DNA from: Bigelowiella natans CCMP2755
Taxonomy: Eukaryota > Protista > Cercozoa
Length of the DNA stretch: 49,733 nucleotides
Assembly: GCA_000320545.1 (NCBI GenBank)
Contig: ADNK01003503.1
Location: 1 to 49,733 of the forward strand
Direction: 5' to 3'
In this document: in pieces, positions 26,507 to 38,718 of the stretch
Numbering within the stretch: the first letter of the stretch is position 1
How the letters are laid out: each line of letters opens with the position of its first letter
Notes under the pieces: model-generated
Databases searched by the model: none
What the model saw: only the letters and a program-made list of their open reading frames with translations
Told to the model about the DNA's origin: nothing
Translations under genes and position numbers: made by a program

Positions 26507-26993
26507 ACCACAATCTGCACCAGTGCAATGCATGTCCAGATGTCGTGGTCACATCACGGTGCTCACATGCTGGCATGCTAGCTCTCTGGCTCCAGAGCTG
26601 ACCAGCCAACTGCAGCGTGCTGGCATGCTCTGGTGCTGCATGTCCAGATCGCATCCAGAGATGTCTGGGTGTGCCTGCGCTAGCCAGCTAGCTGCGTGCT
26701 GATGTGACCTAGTTGGCTAGCTAGGACGGCATCACAGCATGCTGGCATGTCTGGATGTGTTGTCCATGTCTAGATGTGCACAAACAATTCCAGATTTGCA
26801 TGCCCACCTCTGGACCTAGCCACAGCTAGGTGGTGCCAGCTCCAGAGCTAGCTAGATGTGTCTTCGTCCTCCTCCAGCTGCTGTGAACACTCTGGACCTG
26901 TCAACTCAGGAACAACTCTGGAACTCCGGAACCATCCACAGCTCCAGAGCTGTCTAGCTGCGTGTGCCAGTTGTGCCCCAGCTGCCAGTCCAG

Positions 26994-28430
26994 CATTGAA
27001 CATTGAACATTGAACATTGAAAAAAACATTGATCAAAACTGCGTGCGCCAGAACCACATGGGAGACAGGCATGCTGGCATGTGCACGCAGCAGAGCCTCA
27101 ACAAACATCATTGCAAGGACTTGTCATCATCCTGTTGAAGGTGAGTCATCCGGGAGTGAAGGCAAACAGCCGTCAATTGTCAGGTCATGGGAGCAGTCAG
27201 AATGTGTCCAAACTCTGACAGCTCAGAGTCAGGAAGGAAAAACTAGCTAGCTAGGAGCGCCCAACGGGGAGAAACCAGACTGGCGATCAGACAGCAGCGA
27301 AATCATCGAGAAGAACAATGGTTCGACGGAAAGCCCTGTCGATTTCTTTGTCAGTGGAAGTGTCACAGAAGAAACACCAGACGTGGTCTAGCAGTGTGCG
27401 TGTGTTGGCCAACTAGCCAAGCTCCAGAGCTAGAGAGCTCCAGAGCTGATCAAAGACCAGCAATGCCAGAATGCACGCACCGACGCGAAAGAACCGTGAG
27501 ACCGTGAGCATCAATGATTCAACCAATGCACCTAGCTAGCTAGCTAGCCAGGCTGTCAGGCCAACTCTGCTGGTCCAGAACTAGCTAGATGGCCAATTCC
27601 ATGGTCTTCTGACCGTCACCGGATCTTTGCTGACAAATTGAAGTCGCCTCTGGTGCCGATCGTCCATCATCATGATTCATGGCATGTGCGTGTCGTCAAA
27701 GAAGCACGGTGAGCACAGATCAATGAACAATGAACAATGAACAATGAACAAAGCGTTGATCAAAAACTGCATGCGCCAGAACCACATGGGAGACAGGCAT
27801 TTGCACGCAGCAGAGCCTCAACAACACTCGTGGCAAGGCTGGATCCAAAATGAATTTCACAGATGATTTCCTTCGGATCGTTTCAGTCAATGAACAATGA
27901 ACAATGATGATGAACTGCATTTCCAAAAATTCTGAAAATGTTGCGAGACATTTGCAGTCACACTCACAAAAATGAAGACAATGAACAATGAACAATGAAC
28001 AAAGCGTTGATCAAATCTGCATGCGCCAGAACCACACGGGAGACAGGCGTTTGCACGCAGCAGAGCCTCAACAACACTCGTTGCAAGGACTTGTCAGCAC
28101 CCTGTTGGTGATGAGACACAAAAACCAGCTAACAAGCCATCAGAGGCTCCAAAAAAGCCGCGTGAAGGGATGAAGTTGCCATGGCTACCCATCTGAAGCG
28201 CCGGAGCCGGAACAAGGGATGAAGTTGCCATGGATGCTGTTTGTTGGTGCCGTTGAAATGTGAGTGGATTGCAACTGAAACTGGCAATTGGAGTGGCGAA
28301 CAGCAGCAAAATTGTCAAGCAGGACAATGGTTCTACGGAAAGCCCTGTCAATTTCTTTGTCAGTCGAAGGGACACCAGATCTGGCCCCCAAAGCAAGGCA
28401 GAACTGACAATTCCCTTTTTTCTTCACAGA
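26994..28430 (-). mobile_element. Cluster of three related truncated elements with heptamer-repeat tails (probable non-LTR retroelement 3' ends)
   Basis: Copies at ~26994-27370, ~27721-27838 and ~27979-28430 share TTGATCAAA..CTGC.TGCGCCAGAACCAC..GGGAGACAGGC..TGCACGCAGCAGAGCCTCAACAA; each starts with (CAATGAA)n or (CATTGAA)n. 27316-27360 also matches 28325-28369. Orientation and class inferred from the tails. Confidence 0.6.
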
Positions 28431-29052
28431 AACGCTTCTCAGTAGGTCTAGGTTGGGATGAAACTGTCAAAAGTAGATGATGTCCTTGTTCAACACGCAG
28501 AACAATTTTTATTTGCGACATGATTTTGATTAAGACATCCGAATGTCTAAAAAGAAGCACAGAATCTGTGATGGAAAGTGGATAAAGATGTTCTTCTGTG
28601 TGTTTAAGTAAAATCCCATGGAATATGTTAAGATTACCCATTTGACCTCACTAATTTCAGACTAAATGACAGAAGACATCACATTCCAAGATGTTCTAAT
28701 TAAGACACAATATGTCTATAGGTAAAATGAAACAAATTCAAATTTACATGAATTTTTGCATTCGATGAAAAATAATATTTATAAAGGTGGCCATTTCCAA
28801 CATCTGATAGATTTGAGATATCTCCTGTAGTTTTGAGAGAAGCTTGTTATACACTATACGTTCTTATCACATTAAAGACAATCTCGAAAGAGGAATTTTT
28901 GAAGAAATAGATACTTCATCGAAGACGAGTTTCATAGATGTGATCTTATGGATGAAAATTCAGCTTAAGGCTGAATAATTCCTATATTAAATGTCACTCA
29001 GGGTTTTCTTACCCCTCCTTCCTATAATCTAGATCGGGATTTTAACACGTAT

Positions 29053-32000
29053 ATGAGTAACAATAGGGGTAAGAGAGCCATAACTCACACAAATAGCCGC
29101 AATGTAAGTAGAATTCCTCGAGCTACCAAGGAAAGAAATAGTCGATCGAATAATTCCAGCACCATCTCGAACGCTGCGAACCCGGCCTCTCGCGCATCGC
29201 GTCGTTCCGGACGAAGTGGAAGGAAAAGACGTCTTCAATCTGAAACAAAGGCTCAAGGGTCCTCATCTGCGAACGCTGTATCAAAATCGCAGAGTAGCAG
29301 TAGCAATGCGGATGCGAATGATGATGATGGGCACATCTTTGTTGCTGTTCGTCCTCGCCCGCTCACTACCCAGGAGCTAGCCAAAGGGAGCTGGACGTGT
29401 GTGGAAGTACGGGGAAAGAAAGTTGTACTTCAAGACCCTAAAGATGCTACCTCAAAGGATCCACTTCATAGAACACGTGCTACAAATTTCTCCCTGGATG
29501 CAGTTTTTACTGCGGAGGCGGACCAAAAGAAAGTGTTCGACGCAACTTCGAAAAGGATCATAGGAAGCATCCTTAACGGAAAGAATGGAACTATATTTGC
29601 CTATGGGGCCACAGGTTCAGGAAAGACATACACTATGACAGGGACTGCGAAGAATCCAGGGCTGATCCCTAAAATAGTGTCAAGTCTCCTAAAGAGGCTA
29701 GAGCATGATCAACTTCCCTTTCGAATAAAAGTTTCTTATATCGAAATTTACAATGAAACTATGCGAGATCTTTTAACTGATCCAGACGGAAGACAACGAC
29801 CGGTTGCTTTGCGTGAGCATCCATCTAAAGGGGTAATGATAATGGGGTGCCAAGCACGAGAAGTACAAACAGAGCATGAAGTAGATGCAGTCATAAAAGA
29901 AGGCGATTGTAATCGTGCCACAGATAGCCATAGTCTGAATAAGACATCTAGTAGAAGCCATGCCATCTTCCAGATGAAAATCTTGGTAGGAAATAAGAGA
30001 GTACCGATAAAACTCTCTCTCATAGATCTAGCAGGAAGCGAAAGAGCCAAAAAAACAAAGACGGATAAGAAGATGCTTAATGAGGGAGCCAATATCAATA
30101 AATCTCTCCTTACTCTAGCCAAGTGTATAACAGCTCTTGGAATGAAATCCAAAAAGGGTCTTTTCATACCCTATCGTGATAGCAAACTAACACGAGTACT
30201 GAAGGATTCTCTTTGCGGTGACTGCTCAACCTCAATGATAGCTTGTATATCTTCTTCTTCGTGTCAGGTAGTAACAATAGTGCTCACTATCATGCAGATA
30301 AACATGAAACTGACGATACCAAAAAACAAATACTGAATATAAGTATCATATTTTCAGCATGCATGTAATAGTTATCCATCTCCTTTGTTGACATTTTCAA
30401 AATCTAAACAGTTTGACGAGACAAGAGAAACTTTGACGTACGCACATCGAGCTAGAAATGTAAAAATAAAACCTTTGGAGCAAACTCGAGTTAAGATACA
30501 TCGAGAAGAGTATAACAAAATGGTGGGAGAGATGAAAGAAGAGTTGGGTAGGTTAAGGAGTACAATTGGTTATAGCGACATGAATAAGCAATTAATTGAG
30601 ATTGAAAGAAGTGGGTCAGATACAAAAGACTCACCAGCTTCAGGGATAAAGGGAAATCCTGTAAATTGTAATAAGGAAGCAGCACAGAAACTTGCAGATG
30701 AACTTGTTCAAAATTTTCAAGATCGCATTCAAGCACGACAGAGTATGTTGGAGCTGAGAGAACAATCAGCCTCAAACATGACTCAAGTAAGTGATTTACA
30801 GCATCAGCTGGGAGAAATGGCAAGAAGGTTGCCTACGGATTCTAAAGCAAAAATTAAAACTGTTTATAAAATGAGAAAGCAAAAAATAAGAGACATAACT
30901 AAGATGTTGCGGAAGCTTGGGGAGGGGGAAAATACCAACACTAAGATGTACAATGAAATGAAGGAAGAGCTCCAAAAACTTGAAAGTCAGGGCCATATGT
31001 TAATGGAAAAAGCTGCTAGGTCAAAATGGTCAAAGGAGGGTAAACATGTGTTACGTTCAACGATAGAGAGGTGCATGATGGAACTGAAGAATGCTGAACA
31101 TGAACTCCATGCGCGATTTCTAATGAGCAAACTCACATCCCAGGAGTCGGCCATAAAATCGCAACAACAGCTCCTGAAAAAACACAATATATCCTTTGTA
31201 CCTCTAGATGAAAGAATGAAGATTTACAATGATTTGCACAAGGAGTTCAGATTTGGTAGTAAGGCACCAAAGCTAGAATTTGGTGCACATAATGCTGAAA
31301 TGAAGAAGAAAGTAAAGATGCAGAAGAGAAGTGGAGAAGGTCGACAGCTGTTACAAAATGTATCCCAGACTAAGAAATCCTCCTCAAAAGCCAATACGAC
31401 CAAATCAACACACTTCGATAAGGCGAAGCTCTCTGCAGCAACTGCAGCAGCAGCATCCCGACGCAACAGACGCCGTGTGCTAAAAACAGCAAAATCAACA
31501 CCTTCAATGCGTATCAATAGCAAAATTAGGTTTGATCTCAAGTCGAACAACGCACAAAGGAAGAACCGAAACCATCTAAAAAATTATAGGAGATCCCAGC
31601 AGAAGAGCATAAGTAGGAGAATGTCTCGATGGGCAAGAAGGGCACCAAGTGTAAGCGGGGTAAGAAAAACAGCTCCAGCTGTTGGAAGAAGAAGAGGATA
31701 CTACAAGGCTCGATCCACGGTAGCTCGGAAAGACAGTAGAAATAATAGAACTGGTGTTAGTGTTATCAAAAATAGCAGCTTTGCCGCAGCAGCTGCTCGG
31801 GCTCCTCCAGGTAAGATTGACTCTATCGGCAAGGTAAAAAGTCATCTAGGATTCAGCAATCGCCCATCTCCATCTCTTCTGAATAGTAACTTGAAAGAAG
31901 CACAGTCTTCGCCATCTTTTTCGACCGGATATGCTGGTTTGGCCCTGAAGCAAAAACAGCAACGAAAGTCACGGCGAGCTCGTTCCAGAATTTTGCAGAG

Positions 32001-32130
32001 ATTAAATAATCGCAGGAAATCCGAAACACCATCACAAAGTCCACACGTCAGTTCGCTACAAAGAAATACTGTGAAGCCAAAATCCTATGCAGCCTATGCA
32101 GCAAATAAAGGGTACCCAGACGCAAGATAA
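29053..32130 (+). CDS. Kinesin-8 family (KIF18/KIF19-like) motor protein, two exons (29053-30267, 30412-32130), ~977 aa
   Basis: AYGATGSGKTYTM, SSRSHAIF, LSLIDLAGSERA, EGANINKSLL, IPYRDSKLTRVLKDSL, MIACIS; GT..AG intron 30268-30411 joins in frame to FDETRETLTYAHRARNVK; coiled coil then basic tail. Confidence 0.95.
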
Positions 32131-32893
32131 GCAGTTGTGTGTTGATTCAGTTGTTATCACTAACAAAATTGGCGATGTTATTACTACTTGCATCTGATCG
32201 GGCAGCGCTGATGGATACACGGATGTAATAATGAACGCGCGTCTCAAATTCTTCATTTCGATGTGTGTGTGTGTGTGTGTGTGTGGATTTGCGCGTCTAG
32301 TCGTGCGTCGGCAGCATCTCTAGATCTGTGCATGCAGCGCTAGATAGCGTAGCAGTATCGATTGGTGCAAATCCCGCGACACGATGCGCACGCACTACTG
32401 TATACTACTAGTCTAGCTAGACAATGTTTGGCGGTGGCACATGCACACATGCAGTTATGCGATAGTCACAAAATATGCATGCACGTGCGTGGCATGAATG
32501 ATTGCACAATGCTAGACATGCACTATACAGCGCTTGAGTCTGGCTAGACTGGCGGAGTGTGCGACTGAATGGGAGGATGAACAACTTTGATTCAAATATG
32601 TATGGCCATGTGCTTGCTGCAGCACAATTGCCAAGCTAGGAATGAGCAAAGCCAGCAAGCATGAAGCGGATGTAAATGCGTCTTTCGCTGATCTCCTCGA
32701 TCAATCTAGACATCAAAATGGTCAGGCTGAATTGAGCACAAACATGCGTCCATAGACATGCTAGCATGCTAGCATGTGCAGCCTAGATGTGATCAACGTA
32801 CACAATGATTCTCAGTGTTGTGGACATGCTTGCGCACATGCTGTCTAGCTGGTAACTACAATGTGTCATCTAGTCATATTTGCGCGTGCATGC

Positions 32894-33064
32894 CAGGGAT
32901 TGTTCCAAGGGTGCAAATATGGGTGTAAGCTTGCAACCTTAAGCGCTGACATTTGCACCTTCGCGAGAACAATTTTTTGCATTTTGCTTTGATTTTTTTC
33001 ATTTGCTCTTATACCCTGAGTCTCTAATTTTTACACCCTCAAATCTCCGCTAGAATGATCCCTG
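32894..33064. mobile_element. 171-bp MITE, hAT-like termini
   Basis: Left end CAGGGATTGTTCCA; reverse complement of right end CAGGGATCATTCTA; internal GGGTG(T/C)AA / TT(A/G)CACC motifs; candidate 8-bp TSD GTGCATGC at 32886-32893 and 33075-33082 (right copy offset by 10 bp). Confidence 0.65.
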
Positions 33065-33729
33065 CTAGCCTAGTGTGCATGCAGCGCGCTAGCTGTGCTA
33101 CAGTGCATCTTCACAATGGATGCCATTACTTGTTTGCAATGCTAGCATGACCAAGATGATTTTTGTATCATGTTTCACTGAACTAAGCCACCCATTCCAA
33201 AGAATAAGGAATTATTGCACAATGAGCGCTTTGCATTACTAGTAGCGGAGACCAACAGATTCAACATTAGCGCTGTAGCCGCTGCATTGCACAGGTAATA
33301 AGGATGACTATTGAACAAATTTAATTGATTAATTACACCCATCTTACAGCAGCTTTCCTGATGTGGCAAGTGTAGTAGATACTCGGTTTATAGTCTTTTA
33401 TTAGTCTTGCCTACAAATACATTTGAAATAGCCACAGTGTTGCCTTGAGCACTTGGAAAGTTATTTGCGAAAGTTATTTGGCGACTAGAAAAGTGTCGGC
33501 ACGAGCGAGAGCGAGAGTGCGTGCGCTGCAGTGATGTGTACGCCACTTCAGCTGTTGCATGTCCAAGTCTTTATCTATCCGTTGACCATGACCATTATAA
33601 TAGTATCTAGTGCTGGTTTCTGCTGGAATATTTCAATACCAGAATCATCGTAATAAATTCTTTATTATTTACAGTTAGTTTACAATTTAGAGATTTACTC
33701 GACCAACCAAACAAAATATTTTATGTTTC

Positions 33730-34402
33730 TTAGGTGGTTGTGTAGTAAAGCACGGTGGATGAAGAATTGTCAACACGATGACATTACCCTTGTTGATAAT
33801 AACGGTACGAATCTTCAAAAGAAGGGTTGTAAAAACAAAAAATAGGCTATAAATGACCTGATTCTCTTTGCTTTCTTTCTTGATGTCGCATTAGAACTTC
33901 CGTCAGTTGTATTATTTCTTATTCTTTTGGTGTTGAAATTGCTCAACCTATCCCTGAGCAGCCTAAAAATAAAAAGGAAATAAATAAATGAAAAGTGATA
34001 TTAGAGGTGTACGAGGACTGAAAGTGCGGTGGTTTTAAATCAGCTTTCAATATAGTGTTAAACTACTGCTGCTGCTACTTATCAATTTAGAATCCCACAT
34101 CAACACTACTACTCATACTAAATAGAAAGGATAAGATTTGATTCTTACGACTCTTGATTAATGATGATGCATTTGTATCTATTATTTCACAACCTGATGT
34201 GTTTCACCAGAGCTTTCTTTTCCTCAATCTTAACGGCTAATCTACAAGATGATAACATTCAGTGAGAATAAGAACATCACACAATCACAACTATTAAAAA
34301 TCAATTATACTTCTGGATACTACTACGACCGACCGACCAAAAATAGCAGGTGGTTTATTGTTATTGTCCTTCTACGCTAAGATCTCATCAGCTTTAAGTA
34401 AA

Positions 34403-34449
<47 letters not shown>

Positions 34450-35233
34450 ATTATGTTGGTGTTTTCAGATAGATAGACAGACAGACAGATGGACGGACGG
34501 ATAACAACCAACCACCAACGATCGATTGATCTATTATTCAGCAACACTTACACACACACACACACACACGAGTGGTTATATTTATGGATATGTACTCTAT
34601 GTGTTTGTGTTTGATATAAGCAGCACGTACTCAATAAGTGAATTTAGTATTGATAGTAATAAGTATTAGCAGCATAATTACATATATGCTGCTGCTGCTA
34701 CTGTGCCTATATCTTATAATCAATCCTGCTTCCTACCACTCACTATTTGATATCATTACTACTACTACTGCTACTAATACTACTACTACTACTACCACCT
34801 AGTGCTACTACAATTCCTACAATAACGTACTACTACCACCTAGTGCTACTACAATTCATACGACAATAACGTACAATTAAAGTACACTCTCCTCGGTTGT
34901 TCCATTGATTTCTCGCATTCTTATTTTCCCAGTATATCTACCTAATTATCTACCGCTTATGGGTGTAGTCCATGGCCTTATTTCTTAGTTTCAACAGCCT
35001 CTCCAACTTGTAACGCCGCTGCTGCTGTAATCCCTTTCCTCTCTGGTACATTCATTAGGTCATAATATGATGATGATGATGATGATGATGATGCTTATAA
35101 TGAGAGGATTGCGATGGTTTTGATAGTGGTGATGACATTCATCAAATGCAAATTTTAACTTAAGATATTCTTCACTCTCCATCAGCGACCAATCATTAAT
35201 AAACATCCTCAGCGTTATGGTATTACTTGTTTA

Positions 35234-35276
<43 letters not shown>

Positions 35277-36000
35277 CCTACTACATGAAATATCAAGCAG
35301 TAAGTAATAATCATAATAATGAAGCAATTGGTTCTTTTTCCTCGAGAAATGCTACTATATACACCAAAACTACGCAATTCCTACTTCCTTCTCTTCAAAG
35401 TGACCAAACAAATGATAGTTCTTTAGCTGTTTCTCAACTTCTACTATAGAGGATTCCTACAATATAATAATATGCAATACGACGAGGCTAAGAAAATGCA
35501 ATTTGATTAGTGAGCAATAATCGTAATGTGTATTATTACGATTAAGAGGGAAAAGAATAATAAGAAGGAAGTGCGTGTTTTATACTAATATGATGATTCT
35601 TCAACACCATCATTATCATCGACTACATCTATGATTATCTATATATTATAATATTTTTAGATCACAGGAGGCTACTACGACGACATTGTAGAACTGACAA
35701 GTACTTTATGCATTGATATCAAACATTCATTGCACTCTTTCCCTATTTAACCCCCTCCCTCCATCACAACAATAGTCATAACACATTATACCCTCAGTTG
35801 AGAAAAGTGAATGCCTTGAGAATAAGCAGCACTCACACTCTAAACAAGCATCATCATCACCATCATCATCACCACAAGTGTAATAACGACCAAAAAAAAA
35901 TGCAGCAGCAGCAGCAGCGATTGCTTAACCGACACACTGAGTCATCATTATCTGCAGCACTGCTACTGTGCATGGATGTAATGTGTCTCCATTGTCATCG

Positions 36001-36033
<33 letters not shown>

Positions 36034-36794
36034 CACCATTGCTGCTGCTGCTACTGCTACTACCACCACTACTACTGCTCCTATAGCACACATAATTGTA
36101 GTAGCACCTTTAATTTGACCGTGAAACTGTTTAGGAGGGCCTTGATTGCTTTCTCTCCTTCCTTCTCCTTCTCATCTGCTTCCTCCTCTTGAATAGAGTT
36201 GTCTTTGATTCCTTAGTAGTGGTAGTTGAAGTACCAGTGTGGGAACAAGTAAGTAGCAGACAGACAAGCACACACAGACAGACAGGATATTACTCCTGAA
36301 ATCATCACCGTCTCGTAGATTAGATAGCTACCACACTATTACTACTACTACTACTACTTCTACTACTACCACTGCTGTTCCTACCGCTACTGTAACAACT
36401 ACTAGCAAGAATAACTTCTATTTTCCTTCCCAAAATGAAGCAGTCTCTTGGTTGATTTATTGATTGATTTATTCATTCATTCTTGTTGTTACCGTTGATT
36501 CAATCATCATCATTGTCATTGCTCAATTCTTAGTCATCATGAATCCCATTACTTATTTTATTGTTGGTCGAGGTGCACTTTCCCCTCTTTTGCAGTTTCT
36601 CCTGAATGACACTTCGCTTGCTGCTATTGCTTCCACTTTTGTTTTCTCCTCCTTCTGTGGTAGTGAGGGATAAGTATTTTATGCTGTAACATGATCCTTT
36701 TCTTTGCAATAACAACAACAACAACAACATCTATTTCTATTACTACTACTACTGACCATTCTATTTTTTAAGATTACTAATACATTATTCATTA

Positions 36795-36834
<40 letters not shown>

Positions 36835-37421
36835 CCCCCCCCCCCTGTCTATTTATGATTCTTACTCTGCTGCTCCTGCTGCTGCTGCTTCTTGTTACCC
36901 TTTTGCTGCTTTCGAACGGTGCTGGTAGTTTTATTTACTACGTCGTCATCATCATCACAGACGGTCATTGCCAGTGTTTTTTCTTTATTTCTCATCGTTG
37001 CAGCAGCAGTTTGATTTATTTTTTTCCTCGAAATCTTACGACTGGTGTCGTGCATCTTCCATGAAATGTTTTTCTGTTAAATGAATAAATTAAGAGAAGA
37101 AGCGAAAAACGGTATAATACCATTATTTAGCATGTAAGTTCTCTGCAAACAATGAAGTGTTACATTGCTAACAACAATGAAAATATTCTACCAAGTATAA
37201 GTACGTGCAATTTAAGGGTGGTTATAATTATACCGCGATCTTGTCAAGCGATTTTTGCCGCTTTCGGCAAGTTGTGCACACTCTCTCCCCCTCCTCTTCT
37301 TCCACGCCAAAGCTATTAACTTTCCCCACCTTTTTGTCCCTGTTAGGATAGTATAGTATAAGATCAAAAGAAAGACAACATAGCAGTTAGATAGTCAATC
37401 AATCAAAATGAACAAAGAAGA

Positions 37422-37453
<32 letters not shown>

Positions 37454-37559
37454 ACATCGTAGGAGAAGGGGAGGAGGGGGAGGATTAATGCTAAAAGATT
37501 AAGTAATGACTGGCAGAGAGCAGTATGAATCATCACTAGCAGCTAACATGGCAAATATA

Positions 37560-37600
<41 letters not shown>

Positions 37601-38651
37601 ACACCAGAATCATTGAAATACTACTATTACTACTACTACTACTACATGCTGGTTATTATACACAACACTTCCATAAAACTACGTTTACAACAATGGTGTG
37701 ACGACGACAACGGCAACAAAAAGTAAAAGCTTGTTTTGGGTTCTCTCTCTTATTATTATTATTATTAATACCTCTTATTATTATTATTATTAATAATACT
37801 ATTATTATCATGATAAACCTTGTTTTGTGTCCTCTCTTATTATTATTATTATCCTCGGATGTTGATTTGTCATTTTGACACAGTAGTAGTACTACGGTAG
37901 CACCGCACACTATGCAAGCATTCTTAAACCGACGACGACGACGACGACGACGACACGGATCATATTGACGACATAAACGATTAGAATCGCTGTTGGAGAA
38001 CTTGTTATTTTCATCATCATGATCATCATCATCATCATCATCATCTTCATCTTGATTTTTATCAAAGTCGAAGTTAAAGTCGTTTTCGTCATCGTCATCA
38101 TCGGTGGTCCGAGTAACGACAAATGTTCTTCTTCGAGTTATCCTTCTTGTTGTCCTCCTCCTCCTCCTCCTTGTTTTCTTGTGGATGATGATGGTCATGT
38201 TTCCCCCTACCTTCTTCTCCTCTTCCTTCACTCGATGATCATAACCAGTAGCAGAACCAAGTGAAGCTTTGTTTGCGCTGTTAGGTGATGATGATCCCTT
38301 CTTCTTTCTGCGCCTCCTTGACGTCATCATCTTTAATGATGAATCATCAGGACGACGCTCGATGTTGTTGCCATTATCGTTGACACTAGCTTCTTCTTCC
38401 TCCTCCCGGCTTTCATCCTCATCCTCCTCATCATCATCATCTTCATCGGTTTGGAACTTCCTCACTAATGGTATAAGTTCTTTCTCGTATAAATCCTCTC
38501 GATCTCCATCATCGTATCTGTATGTGGATTATAATTAAACAAAATTAGCATGCATATGAAAGAGAATACAATTTGCTACTACTACTGCAAAAAAAAGAGC
38601 ATGGATAAAAATCAATAGTACTCACCAACATACAAGAGCACTCATGTAGAG

Positions 38652-38682
<31 letters not shown>

Positions 38683-38685
38683 TAC

Positions 38686-38718
<33 letters not shown>

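Noticed and set aside
19628-28000. Overlapping and antisense ORFs (e.g. 23888-24916, 20503-21228) as real genes
   Set aside because: Explained by loss of TAA/TAG; no recognisable domains.
26994-28100. CRISPR-like array or telomeric repeat
   Set aside because: Eukaryotic context, irregular spacing, long shared bodies rather than repeat-spacer units; heptamer tracts are only 3-4 units and internal.
37656-37925. PHD finger in the Tudor-like gene
   Set aside because: CIVCG...LLLC start is suggestive, but the remaining ligands could not be placed without a reliable splice model.
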